The position numbers and the translations under genes were made by a program. Positions 7,980 to 16,507 of a DNA stretch of 16,507 nt are shown piece by piece. Location: assembly GCA_052168235.1 (NCBI GenBank), contig JBQLZK010000103.1:1-16507 (forward strand), written 5' to 3'. This DNA comes from Thainema sp. Lineage in GTDB: Bacteria > Cyanobacteriota > Cyanobacteriia > Phormidesmidales > Phormidesmidaceae. The notes under the pieces are model-generated. The model ran no database searches. It was not told the origin of the DNA and saw only the letters and a program-made list of their open reading frames with translations. The first letter of the stretch is position 1. Each line of letters begins with the position of its first letter.

Positions 7980-8210
7980 ATGGAAACACCCGGAGATTCC
8001 TACATTCTTCTAGATCCAGAACTCATCCAAGCTGCTCGGCAAATTTACCAAACTTACTATGAAGTTCATCCAGATGATACACGTCGCCCCTTTGGCATCG
8101 CGATCAGCCGCAAAACCCGTCGGGGCAAACTGATTTACACTGAGCGCCCAGTTTTATTGCCACAGGAAACCTTCATCCCATTAGATTTAATTGAGGCGCA
8201 GCTTTATTAA
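7980..8210 (+). CDS. Small hypothetical protein (76 aa)
   Basis: ATG 7980 preceded by GAAGGGA; protein-like sequence (AARQIYQTYYEVHP...RPVLLPQETFIP); lies upstream of pilD. Confidence 0.75.
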   Translation: METPGDSYILLDPELIQAARQIYQTYYEVHPDDTRRPFGIAISRKTRRGKLIYTERPVLLPQETFIPLDLIEAQLY

Positions 8211-8220
8211 TACCCTGATG

Positions 8221-8295
8221 AACGTCCTGGCCAAGATTCTGAATCTTTTGATGACTTTTGATGATAGGTTTTCGCGCAGTCTGTCCCAGGACGTT
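8221..8295 (+). terminator. Long-loop stem downstream of the small hypothetical gene
   Basis: AACGTCCTGG (8221-8230) pairs with CCAGGACGTT (8286-8295), followed by T-rich sequence; inner AAGATTC-T-GAATCTT hairpin. Confidence 0.4.
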
Positions 8296-8307
8296 TGGTT
8301 TTGACTT

Positions 8308-8330
8308 GTAAGGTGGGCGCTGCCCACCCT
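8308..8330 (+). repeat. REP-like short palindrome (GTAG-type)
   Basis: GTAA-GGTGGGC-GCT-GCCCACC-CT: a GTAG-like tetramer abutting a 7-bp GC-rich stem. Confidence 0.5.
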
Positions 8331-8478
8331 TTCTCTATACGCTTTACAGATCAAGATTTACAAATTCCTCAACCCCCATGCTGACGAAGTCAGCTTTTGT
8401 ATTTTCGTCGCTACATGAGCGTAAATGCCAAAATACAAAAGCTTGCTTTTATCAGAGCGCACAGCGCTGTATTCCGAC

Positions 8479-9300
8479 ATGGATGCGTTATTTTTCGTCC
8501 TGCCCCATTTGATTATTTTTGCGTTGGGGGCCGCAGTTGGCAGTTTCCTGAATGTTGTAATTTATCGGCTACCAGCCGGACTGTCGGTGCTGCATCCGCC
8601 TTCGCGCTGCCCCAACTGCCACCGACGACTGAAAGCTTATGACAATGTGCCCGTCTTGGGCTGGCTGTGGCTCAGGGGAGAATGTCGCTTCTGCAAATGG
8701 CCAATCCCCAATCGGTATCCTTTAGTTGAAGCCTTAACAGGTTTATTGTTCCTGATCCCGTTTTGGGTTTTGGGGTTAACCTGGCCGATGGTCGGTTGTT
8801 GGATTTTGTTTAGTTGGCTGCTCGCCCTGTCCATGATCGATCTCGACACGATGACGCTGCCCAATGTGCTGACGGGTTCGGGGTTATTCGTTGGCCTTGG
8901 ATTTCAGGTTTGGTTGGGACTACAGCAGCCAACACCTGTGGCATCGGCAGCGAGCTACCTGATGGGTGGGATTGTGGGCGCGGTGCTGGGGATTTGGCTA
9001 CTGGATATTGTCACGATTGTCGGCTCAATGCTGTTGGGGCAGATGGCGATGGGTGGAGGCGATGCCAAACTAGCAGCGATGATGGGAGCTTGGTTAGGAT
9101 GGAAATTGTTTTTAGCCGCAGGGTTTTTAGCCTGTGCGCTGGGCGCATTTGTGGGCGGCGGTGCGATCGCACTTGGCCTTTGGCGACGACGACAACCAAT
9201 GCCCTTTGGCCCGTTCTTAGCCCTGGGAACTGCGATCGCAGCTTTATGGGGGACAGCTCTCATTCAGCAGTACCTCCAGATCTTTTTCCCCTCTTTTTAA
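8479..9300 (+). CDS. pilD: Type IV prepilin peptidase / N-methyltransferase
   Basis: GSFLNVVIYRLP, Zn-binding CPNC...CRFC, catalytic Asp in IDLD and MGGGDAKL, PFGPFL. ATG 8479 is preferred over 8425. Confidence 0.96.
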   Translation: MDALFFVLPHLIIFALGAAVGSFLNVVIYRLPAGLSVLHPPSRCPNCHRRLKAYDNVPVLGWLWLRGECRFCKWPIPNRYPLVEALTGLLFLIPFWVLGLTWPMVGCWILFSWLLALSMIDLDTMTLPNVLTGSGLFVGLGFQVWLGLQQPTPVASAASYLMGGIVGAVLGIWLLDIVTIVGSMLLGQMAMGGGDAKLAAMMGAWLGWKLFLAAGFLACALGAFVGGGAIALGLWRRRQPMPFGPFLALGTAIAALWGTALIQQYLQIFFPSF

Positions 9301-9472
9301 CCTGATAAAATTCAACCATAGGTCTCCAGATCAACATTTTGCTGTCTAGGTGAAACTCATACAGCAGAAATGACTGCTGACTCACTATTACCCAGCTCTA
9401 CTACTCAGCCTGAGCCTCACCATCGGGGCTGTGGTCATCAGAAACGTTGAAGTTTTTTGATAAAATCATCCT

Positions 9473-9697
9473 GTGACCTGGATCACAATAAAATCTACGA
9501 ATACTCGGTGGGAAGCTGAACTCATGCAGCAAATCCTAGCGGCACACAACATCCCAGCTCGGATTGTCGATCAGGGACTAGCTGCCTATTTGGGAGTTAG
9601 CAGCCCGGCCGACCTACAGGTGCAAAGTTCTGATCAATGGACAGCTCGCCTATTACTCAGCTCACCTGCGGAACCTGCGGAACCTATAGAAGACTAA
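9473..9697 (+). CDS. Small DUF2007-like (putative signal transducing) protein
   Basis: Pattern W...EAELMQQILAAHNIPARI...LQV...D...ARLLL; GTG start. Confidence 0.75.
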   Translation: MTWITIKSTNTRWEAELMQQILAAHNIPARIVDQGLAAYLGVSSPADLQVQSSDQWTARLLLSSPAEPAEPIED

Positions 9698-9973
9698 TTT
9701 ACTCTTTGTCCTCCATACGCTGGAAACGCCAATAAACCTAGATGTTTTGCCCATTGCGTTCTTGTTGCTCCTCACATCCCCGATCAAATCGCCTAGCGGA
9801 TAATCGACCCGCTACAGTGTGGCAAGATATCTAGCGTGTTCTGGTGGCCTCAGCGTTCTCACCCGTCTCAATTAGTAAAGTCAATTAGTAAGGTCACAGC
9901 TTAGACAAAATGGCCGAACCTAATCCCGTCTGAATCACAATTTTACTTAGCATATAGGAACATATCGGTTTTC

Positions 9974-10924
9974 ATGTCTTTATTTGATTGGTTTGCAAAT
10001 CGGCAAAAGTCTGGCCCTATCAGCAAAGAACGTCAAGAACGTGAAATTGCGGATGGCCTCTGGGCTAAATGTGAAGCCTGTGGTGTCTTAACCTATACCA
10101 AAGACCTGCGCACAAATCAGATGGTGTGTCCCGAATGTAGCCACCATGTGCGGATTTTTAGCGATGAGCGAATTCATCAGCTAATTGATGCCGATACCTG
10201 GCAGCCGCTTGATACTGATTTAAAGCCCGTAGATGCACTCCAGTTTCGCGATCGCAAACCCTACAGCGATCGCATTCGTGAGTATCAAAGCAAAACCAAG
10301 CTATCCGACGCTGTGCAAACCGGAATTGGTCGCATGGAAGGACTCTCCGTTGCCCTAGGCGTGATGGATTTCCGATTCATGGGCGGCAGCATGGGCTCCG
10401 TTGTCGGTGAAAAGCTGACCCGACTCATCGAACATGCGACCCACGAACGATTGCCAGTGATCATTGTCTGCGCCTCGGGCGGTGCTCGTATGCAAGAAGG
10501 TATGTTGAGCCTGATGCAAATGGCCAAAATCTCTGCTGCTCTAGAGCGGCACCGGGAAGCCAAACTCCTCTACATTCCGGTTTTGACCCATCCCACCACG
10601 GGCGGCGTTACCGCTAGTTTTGCCATGCTGGGCGACATTATTATTGCTGAACCCAAAGCGACCATTGGTTTCGCTGGACGACGCGTTGTTGAACAAACCC
10701 TACGGGAAAAGCTACCCGACGATTTCCAGACTTCCGAATATTTACTGGAGCACGGTTTTGTCGATACGATCGTCCCCCGTACCCAGATGAAGCAGACGCT
10801 ATACCAGCTGATTCGCTTACATCAACCTCAGCCGCGTTCAGCGCCAGAAGCTGCGGCTAGCCACTTTTTACACAATCGTCCTGAACCAATTTCGGTTGGT
10901 CATCTGAGCAGCGAATCGCTGTGA
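9974..10924 (+). CDS. accD: Acetyl-CoA carboxylase carboxyltransferase beta subunit
   Basis: GLWAKCEAC...VCPEC zinc finger, [42 protein letters not shown]. Confidence 0.98.
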   Translation: MSLFDWFANRQKSGPISKERQEREIADGLWAKCEACGVLTYTKDLRTNQMVCPECSHHVRIFSDERIHQLIDADTWQPLDTDLKPVDALQFRDRKPYSDRIREYQSKTKLSDAVQTGIGRMEGLSVALGVMDFRFMGGSMGSVVGEKLTRLIEHATHERLPVIIVCASGGARMQEGMLSLMQMAKISAALERHREAKLLYIPVLTHPTTGGVTASFAMLGDIIIAEPKATIGFAGRRVVEQTLREKLPDDFQTSEYLLEHGFVDTIVPRTQMKQTLYQLIRLHQPQPRSAPEAAASHFLHNRPEPISVGHLSSESL

Positions 10925-11064
10925 ATTGACTGCTCAGAATGCAACAAAATATCTAATAAATGTCGAACAAATACACAGACTCTGCTTCAATCTATTGGGA
11001 AAGCGCCGATTCGGTGGCATGATATTCATATTGAGATCGCTCAATCCTAATACCAGTAGCAACT

Positions 11065-11259
11065 ATGGGATTTGCAGATTTATCGATCGCAGAAATTGCA
11101 GAAGACCATCACTGCTCAGTTGCAGCAGTTTGTGAGATCTGCGACAAACTTGCAATTACCTACCGCGATGCTGAAACTCGTTTAGCGCTAGAAGACGCGA
11201 AAGCCGTTATTCAAGCTCTGATGGTCAGGCAGCGCTCCCAGGATCCCGGTAACCCGTAG
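11065..11259 (+). CDS. Small protein resembling the IF-2 N-terminal helical domain (64 aa)
   Basis: LSIAEIAED...V..IC..L.I.......RLALEDAK pattern; ATG start; lies between accD and psbV. Confidence 0.75.
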   Translation: MGFADLSIAEIAEDHHCSVAAVCEICDKLAITYRDAETRLALEDAKAVIQALMVRQRSQDPGNP

Positions 11260-11503
11260 CTTCAGAGTGCTTTGATTGCGGACGATCTCAATCCGATCTC
11301 AGTTGCACAGGATCGGCTAGTGCATGGTTTGCAGCATGAAGTAAACCTGCTCTCATATGGGGACATTTGTCCTGACTATAATTCCAAGTTCCATCCCAAC
11401 TAATCTGGAGCAGGGCACTGCCTGCTTTTTGATTAGATTCTAAGAGTGTCAAAGCTCTGCTGTGTTGAGTGTTGGATAACCAAGCCACATTTTGAGGAGA
11501 ATC

Positions 11504-11995
11504 ATGCTTAAGAAATACATTTGGCTTGCGGTCGCCACCGTGTTTTTTGTCTGCCATTTGTTTGTTGGGAATGCGGTCGCTGCGGAGCTAGACGAAGCTT
11601 CCCGCACCGTTAAGCTCAATTCACAAGGTGATACTGTGACGCTGAGCGTTAAGCAGCTAACTGAAGGCAAGCGACTGTTTAATTATGCCTGTGCCATCTG
11701 CCATTTGGGTGGAGGCACCAAAACGAATCCAAACGTTGGTCTCGATCCAGAATCGTTGGCAGGTGCGCTGCCTGCACGTGACAACCTAGAGGCTCTGGTC
11801 GATTACATGCATGAGCCAACCACCTATGACGGGTTGACTGACATTGCTGAATTGCATCCCAGCACCAAGAGTGCCGATGTATTTCCCAAAATGCGTAATT
11901 TGACCGAAGACGACTTGGTTGATATTGCGGGTCACATTCTGGTACAGCCTAAGGTGAAAGGCGAAATGTGGGGTGGTGGTAAGGCCTACAACTAG
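11504..11995 (+). CDS. psbV: Photosystem II cytochrome c-550
   Basis: Signal peptide (AVA-AEL), heme motif CAICH, GGTKTNPNV, PTTYDG, ELHPS, WGGGK; GAGGAG RBS before ATG 11504. Confidence 0.97.
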   Translation: MLKKYIWLAVATVFFVCHLFVGNAVAAELDEASRTVKLNSQGDTVTLSVKQLTEGKRLFNYACAICHLGGGTKTNPNVGLDPESLAGALPARDNLEALVDYMHEPTTYDGLTDIAELHPSTKSADVFPKMRNLTEDDLVDIAGHILVQPKVKGEMWGGGKAYN

Positions 11996-12054
11996 CCTCC
12001 ATGAAGGGCTTTTTGCCTACAGTTAAATTCGTTTCAACCCAATTACTAAGCAAT

Positions 12055-12111
12055 AGGCTGAGGATTAATATCTGGCTCACCCTGGTGTAGTCCGGCTTTA
12101 ATCTTCAGCTT
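12055..12111 (+). promoter_or_regulatory. Intercistronic RNA stem-loop between psbV and psbV2
   Basis: AGGCTGAGGATTAA pairs with TTAATCTTCAGCTT: 14 bp including two G-U pairs on the + strand. Confidence 0.5.
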
Positions 12112-12174
12112 GTTTAGTTTGAAGCGTTATATTCATTGACGACAACAACACACTGCGAGAGTTCATTAAATCCC

Positions 12175-12669
12175 GTGCGAATTATTCGATTATTCCTGAT
12201 TGGCATTCTGTTTGTCGTTGGGCTGGTGGCGCATCCGGCTGCAGGATATGCGGCTCCTGATCACTATGTGGCAGAGTTTTTGAAAGCGACTGAACCTGTT
12301 CAGATTCCCTTAAATAATCAAGGACAAACGAAGCAGTTTACGCCTGAGCAACTGACGGAGGGCAAGGAACTATTCAAGGAGAGCTGTATTAACTGTCATG
12401 TTGGTGGAGCGACGCTGCCAAATCCGGTGGTTTCTCTGTCATTGCAGGCACTAGACGGCGCGACTCCACCCCGCAGTAATTTAGATGGCTTTATCGCTTA
12501 TATGCGTGAACCTATGACCTACGACGGTTCAGATATTAACTTTCTCTGTCGGCAAGTGACTGAGAACTGGCTGCCCAGAGCGGAACTCGAAAAATTAGGG
12601 GCGTTCGTTTTGCGGGCGGCTGAAGTGGCTCCTGGTTGGGGCAGTGAAACGTTTGTTGAAGATATTTAG
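12175..12669 (+). CDS. psbV2: Cytochrome c-550-like protein PsbV2
   Basis: Signal peptide, CINCH heme motif, GGATLPNP, PMTYDG, distal LCRQV Cys, PGWG; follows psbV. The start is uncertain (GTG 12175 or TTG 12136). Confidence 0.9.
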   Translation: MRIIRLFLIGILFVVGLVAHPAAGYAAPDHYVAEFLKATEPVQIPLNNQGQTKQFTPEQLTEGKELFKESCINCHVGGATLPNPVVSLSLQALDGATPPRSNLDGFIAYMREPMTYDGSDINFLCRQVTENWLPRAELEKLGAFVLRAAEVAPGWGSETFVEDI

Positions 12670-12833
12670 CTGACTGGTATGCTGGCTTGGGCCGTGGTGA
12701 GTCGCCTGCGATCGCACCCTCAAAATCTCTAGGAAAATCCTTACGAATTCGCGGCTCAGCTTCAGAATCAGGACATTACAGGTTAGAATCTTAACGGTGT
12801 AATGGATTCAGCTTAAATCTCCTGAGGTTTTCT

Positions 12834-13250
12834 ATGAAACAAATTGTTCGAGTTTTGCGGAGTTTAAGTCTAGCCCTCGTTACAGTTGCAGTCGTGCTGG
12901 GTAGCCTCGTGCTAGCTGCATCTCCTGCTGCTGCTGACACCGTCACAGTAAAGATGGGGGCAGACAACGGCATGCTTCAGTTCGTGCCATCTGATGTCAC
13001 AGTCAAGCCTGGTGACACAGTGAAGTGGGTTAACAACAAGCTACCTCCCCACAACATTGTTTTTGATGCCGCTAATATTCCTGGCGACAAGTCTTTAGCT
13101 GATAAGCTAGCTCATGATCAACTGATGTTCAGCCCTGGCGAAACCTACGAGGTAACCTTCACCTCCGATATGCCTGCTGGAACTTATACCTACTACTGCG
13201 CACCTCACCGGGGCGCTGGTATGGTTGGCAAGATTACCGTTGAAGGCTAA
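12834..13250 (+). CDS. petE: Plastocyanin
   Basis: Signal peptide, [14 protein letters not shown], type-1 Cu ligands in PHNIVF and [11 protein letters not shown]. Confidence 0.98.
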   Translation: MKQIVRVLRSLSLALVTVAVVLGSLVLAASPAAADTVTVKMGADNGMLQFVPSDVTVKPGDTVKWVNNKLPPHNIVFDAANIPGDKSLADKLAHDQLMFSPGETYEVTFTSDMPAGTYTYYCAPHRGAGMVGKITVEG

Positions 13251-13391
13251 TTTGAGCCATTCGCATATATTTGGGCAAAAGATGAAAGGTTGGGCAGCGT
13301 AAACAAAGCAAAATAAGATGCGATCGCAAACGCTGAATTTGTTCAACGTCTGTCGAGCTAGCTCAAACTTTGTGACGATGCCCAATCCATG

Positions 13392-13433
13392 AAGGCCAAT
13401 CTTGACGTGCAGGCTGTACTCAAGGTTGGCCTT
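13392..13433 (+). terminator. Probable intrinsic terminator downstream of petE
   Basis: AAGGCCAATCTTGA pairs with TCAAGGTTGGCCTT; inner GTGCAG/CTGTAC stem; followed by a T-rich tract. Confidence 0.7.
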
Positions 13434-13632
13434 TGTTGTGTTTGTCTGTTGTACCTTCTGCCGATGGCTAGAGGCTAATTCATTTACAAGTAGATAAACT
13501 TTTTACTGGTTTTTGCTGCAAATTTGCCATAAAAACAGCTTTTTATCTGATGGTTCTCAAAGATAATGGTTTTGTTGCCGGAGCAATTTGCATCACTCAT
13601 CTACAGTTGATACTTAAAAGGTTGAATGTCCT

Positions 13633-14433
13633 GTGGTCATCCCACTTCGAGATGAAAATCCTATCCGGATTACCCCCTATGTTACGTATGGTCTCATTGC
13701 AATCAATATTCTCGTTTTTATCTATGAGCTAACGCTGTCTCCACAGCAGCTCCAGCTCTTCATGCGCGAGTGGGCCGTTGTACCCGTCCAATTGACGGCG
13801 GGCTTTCAGGGTTATTTGCCAGAAAGCCAAACGATACGAGAAATGCTGACTCTTGTGTCATCGCAGTTTTTGCACGGCGGCTTTCTGCATGTTGCAGGCA
13901 ACATGCTGTATCTCTGGATTTTTGGCAACAATGTCGAGGAAAAGCTGGGTGGTGCAAAATTCCTGCTGTTTTATGTTGGCTGCGGTATCTTAGCTGTGCT
14001 GGCCCAGTGGTTTTTTGCTCCACTTTCTGATGTGCCCTCACTTGGGGCCAGTGGTGCGATCGCAGGTGTGATGGGAGCCTATATTGTCCGCTTCCCAGGC
14101 GTCAAAATTCTGACGCTGGTGCCAATTTTCTTTATTTTTACGACTATTCGAATTCCCGCTATTTTTTACCTGGGAATTTGGTTTGTGCAGCAGGCCCTAT
14201 ACGGTATTGCCAGTCTCGAAGCCCAGACTAATATCGGTATGGCGAATGGAGGAATTGCCTATTGGGCCCATGCTGGTGGTTTTGTCTTTGGTGCTCTGTT
14301 GGCCCCGTTATTTGGCGTGTTTTCATCGGATTCTTCGATTGTGGCTGAATCACGTGCGCCTGAGCCGGATCAGCAAATACCGGATCAACGTACCTCAGAT
14401 CAGGATGAACTCTCGACCAGCGACTTCAAGTAG
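13633..14433 (+). CDS. Rhomboid family intramembrane serine protease
   Basis: FLHGGFLHVAGNMLYLWIFGNNVEE, catalytic GASG, AYWAHAGGF; GTG start. Confidence 0.95.
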   Translation: MVIPLRDENPIRITPYVTYGLIAINILVFIYELTLSPQQLQLFMREWAVVPVQLTAGFQGYLPESQTIREMLTLVSSQFLHGGFLHVAGNMLYLWIFGNNVEEKLGGAKFLLFYVGCGILAVLAQWFFAPLSDVPSLGASGAIAGVMGAYIVRFPGVKILTLVPIFFIFTTIRIPAIFYLGIWFVQQALYGIASLEAQTNIGMANGGIAYWAHAGGFVFGALLAPLFGVFSSDSSIVAESRAPEPDQQIPDQRTSDQDELSTSDFK

Positions 14434-14465
14434 CAGTTTGCATCATTCCTGAATGTCTCCTAAAT

Positions 14466-14503
14466 AAAAGAATCGCCTCTGTCCGGACAGAGGCGATTCT
14501 TTT
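14466..14503. terminator. Perfect 38-bp palindrome; bidirectional terminator between the rhomboid and TPR genes
   Basis: AAAAGAATCGCCTCTGTCC|GGACAGAGGCGATTCTTTT, with A and T tails on the two sides. Confidence 0.85.
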
Positions 14504-14543
14504 TGGAGGGTAGAGAAAAGAAAAGTGAAAAAAGAAAAAAACC

Positions 14544-15473
14544 TTATTCTGCTTCTGCCGCTTCGTCAGATTCAGGCGTGACCTCTGTTTCGGTTGCTGC
14601 TGGCGCAGTGGCTTCTCCTTCTGTCGCTTCTCCTTCTGCATTAGGAGCTTCAGGAGTAAGAACAGAGTTACCAGCGGCCATCTGGTTAATTTGGTCTTTA
14701 AACTCTGCCGGAGCCAGTGCCGATGCCGTCGTGAATAGACTTTTTGCTTCTTCCGTTTTACCCTGCCGCTGAAGCACAATTGCTTTTGAGAGAACCGGGC
14801 GAAAGTCTTGCGCGTTGCTCTCAATTGCTTCATCGTAAAGTGAGATCGCTTCGTCGTAGCGACCCTGCTGAGCATAGACTTCACCCAGCAGCAGCTTCAC
14901 GGATGTGACATCCACGCTACCTGCTTTCACCTGGTTCGCCTGGTCAGCGGTTTGCAGCGTGTCCTGCAAGAGGCCGATGGCGGCTTGGGGGCGGCCCTGA
15001 TTAACCAGTAGGCTGGTTAGTCCGCGCAGGGCGTTCATATCACCGGGGCGTTCGGTTAGAGCAGAGCGATAGGTTTGGGCTGCTCCCTCCATGTCGCCGG
15101 TTTGTTGTTGAGCTTGAGCCAGCAGCACTGCATATTCAGGCTGACCAGGGTTCAACTCGACCAGTTTCTTGAGCGGTTCAACAATGCCTTCAATATCGTT
15201 GAGCTGGATACGGGTATCGATCAGCCCTCGCAGTGCGGTTTGGTTATCGGGTTCTCGTTCTAGAACTAGCTCATAACCCTGAGCCTGCGTTGCTAGCTCA
15301 GACTGTTGTGCTTCAGTCGTTGCTGTGGCATTTGGATCAGTCGCTGAATCATTATTTCGTCGCAAAGCAGAACTAATGCTGGGTGCGACAAAGGAAAACG
15401 ATAATCCTGCGAAGGCAACCACCGCAATGATTAAAACAGTACTAACTAACCAGCGATTCTGCTTATCAAACAC
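14544..15473 (-). CDS. Tetratricopeptide repeat protein with N-terminal membrane anchor/signal
   Basis: Hydrophobic N-terminus; TPR-like repeats (LLLGEVYAQQGRYDEAISLYDEAI, LAQAQQQTGDMEGAAQTYRSAL); acidic tail. Confidence 0.9.
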   Translation of the reverse strand: MFDKQNRWLVSTVLIIAVVAFAGLSFSFVAPSISSALRRNNDSATDPNATATTEAQQSELATQAQGYELVLEREPDNQTALRGLIDTRIQLNDIEGIVEPLKKLVELNPGQPEYAVLLAQAQQQTGDMEGAAQTYRSALTERPGDMNALRGLTSLLVNQGRPQAAIGLLQDTLQTADQANQVKAGSVDVTSVKLLLGEVYAQQGRYDEAISLYDEAIESNAQDFRPVLSKAIVLQRQGKTEEAKSLFTTASALAPAEFKDQINQMAAGNSVLTPEAPNAEGEATEGEATAPAATETEVTPESDEAAEAE

Positions 15474-15656
15474 AGCCGCGTTCCAAAAAACTCCACTGAC
15501 ATTCTAGAAGCGGAACCGAAAAATTGTAGAGAAATTCAGTTTTAAATCTGCGATCTTGGAGACGGTAGTAGTCTAAATACCTACGGTGACTGAATTTGCG
15601 CGACTGAAACGTGGCTGGAGCAGATGTAACGGTTAGATACAATCCGGCAGGTGTAG

Positions 15657-16463
15657 CTATCTAGACGCCAGCCAACGAAGAATAGTTTGAACAATCCATT
15701 CACATTCATGCCGCTTTAATCCTTTACCAAATGAGAAATCCTTCGTCTGGGTTTGAATCGTCACAACTCGATGGGATTTCCGCGACTTGCCATGAACAAA
15801 TTCCATATCATGCTGAATGATGGCTTGAATTGCACTGATTGAGCCTGTAGAAGATAGACTTGTGCTGATTTGTTTGGCAAAGGAACGACCCAGCACTTTG
15901 CTGAACCAACTAGGTGGATCATTCACGATCGTAAATGTACTGTGTTGAAAAATGACGCGCGTGGTAGATCCTAGTTCCCAGGCAAAGCATAAGAGAAGAA
16001 AGCTAACGAAAATGGCAGGAAATATGAGAAAAGACTGGGCTGCTATCAAAGTTACTATCCCTAAGCAAGATATGCTTGCTCCACTGGCAGCAAGCCAAGA
16101 TGAAACAGGAATGTTTTCATTCGCGATCGCAATTATCAATGTTTCTGGAGATTCGATAATTTCAACATAACCCAGATCAGATTCAGCGACAGGTCGAGAT
16201 GGAGAGCTCTGAAAATACATTGCCTGTTCAATGCGTCTTGCTCTTCGTTTGCGTCTTACGATTCCAGCTGAAGATCCAGATGGATGACTGGCAGACGGAG
16301 TAGGCAACTGTTTAGGTTTTACTTTCACCGCAGTATTGGCCACAGCCGAGGTTTGCTGTAGTGCATCTAGTGCAAGGCGAGCCGAAGCAAATCGCTGCGT
16401 TACGTCAGGATGCGTCAGGACTTGCAGCCATCGAACAAAGCTAGACGGCAGATTGATCGGCAC
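15657..16463 (-). CDS. Membrane protein resembling the C-terminal part of a Ser/Thr protein kinase (possibly a truncated gene)
   Basis: The N-terminus SFVRWLQVLTHPDVTQRFASARLALDAL resembles Hanks kinase subdomain XI; two TM helices follow. An in-frame TGA lies upstream at 16503-16505. Confidence 0.6.
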   Translation of the reverse strand: MPINLPSSFVRWLQVLTHPDVTQRFASARLALDALQQTSAVANTAVKVKPKQLPTPSASHPSGSSAGIVRRKRRARRIEQAMYFQSSPSRPVAESDLGYVEIIESPETLIIAIANENIPVSSWLAASGASISCLGIVTLIAAQSFLIFPAIFVSFLLLCFAWELGSTTRVIFQHSTFTIVNDPPSWFSKVLGRSFAKQISTSLSSTGSISAIQAIIQHDMEFVHGKSRKSHRVVTIQTQTKDFSFGKGLKRHECEWIVQTILRWLASR

Positions 16464-16507
16464 TGGTCGGCTAAAAGGTGATAGAGTGTAGACCTTGCGT
16501 GGTCAGG

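Larger units (their letters stand above)
322..16130. repeat. Dispersed HIP1 octamers (GCGATCGC), about 19 copies
   Basis: Sites starting at 322, 786, 2361, 2601, 2974, 4640, 4949, 5432, 5654, 6388, 7332, 9163, 9232, 10248, 10266, 12708, 13320, 14056 and 16123 (counted by eye). Confidence 0.95.

Noticed and set aside
9665..9687. CCTGCGGAA tandem repeat
   Set aside because: It is an in-frame 9-bp duplication encoding PAEPAEP in a variable C-terminal tail, which is unremarkable.
14426..14884. 152-aa minus-strand ORF and other overlapping or antisense ORFs in the track (e.g. 8814-9305, 5424-5774, 11288-11557)
   Set aside because: These are shadow frames of well-supported genes with no independent motifs.

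Overview
Cyanobacterial chromosomal segment, judged from about 19 HIP1 (GCGATCGC) sites counted by eye and the photosynthesis genes. Gene order: AAC(6')-I-like GNAT acetyltransferase (+), receiver-domain response regulator (-), lipA (+), natD/livH permease (-), Atx1/CopZ copper chaperone (+), TerC (-), a two-domain hypothetical with a long disordered linker (+), TauE/SafE (-), small hypothetical (+), pilD, DUF2007-like, accD, small IF2-N-like protein, psbV, psbV2, petE, rhomboid protease (all +), TPR protein (-), and an apparent Ser/Thr-kinase C-terminal remnant (-). The coding content is mostly housekeeping; the unusual signal is intergenic. It includes an 89-bp foldback MITE-like element with IS1-type ends and a 9-bp target duplication (3744-3832), and a set of sequence-unrelated, near-perfect long palindromes sharing a GC-NNN-GC apex. 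One of these shows an apparent template-switch duplication footprint. No rRNA, tRNA, CRISPR array or transposase was seen. Protein family calls come from remembered motifs, not database searches.
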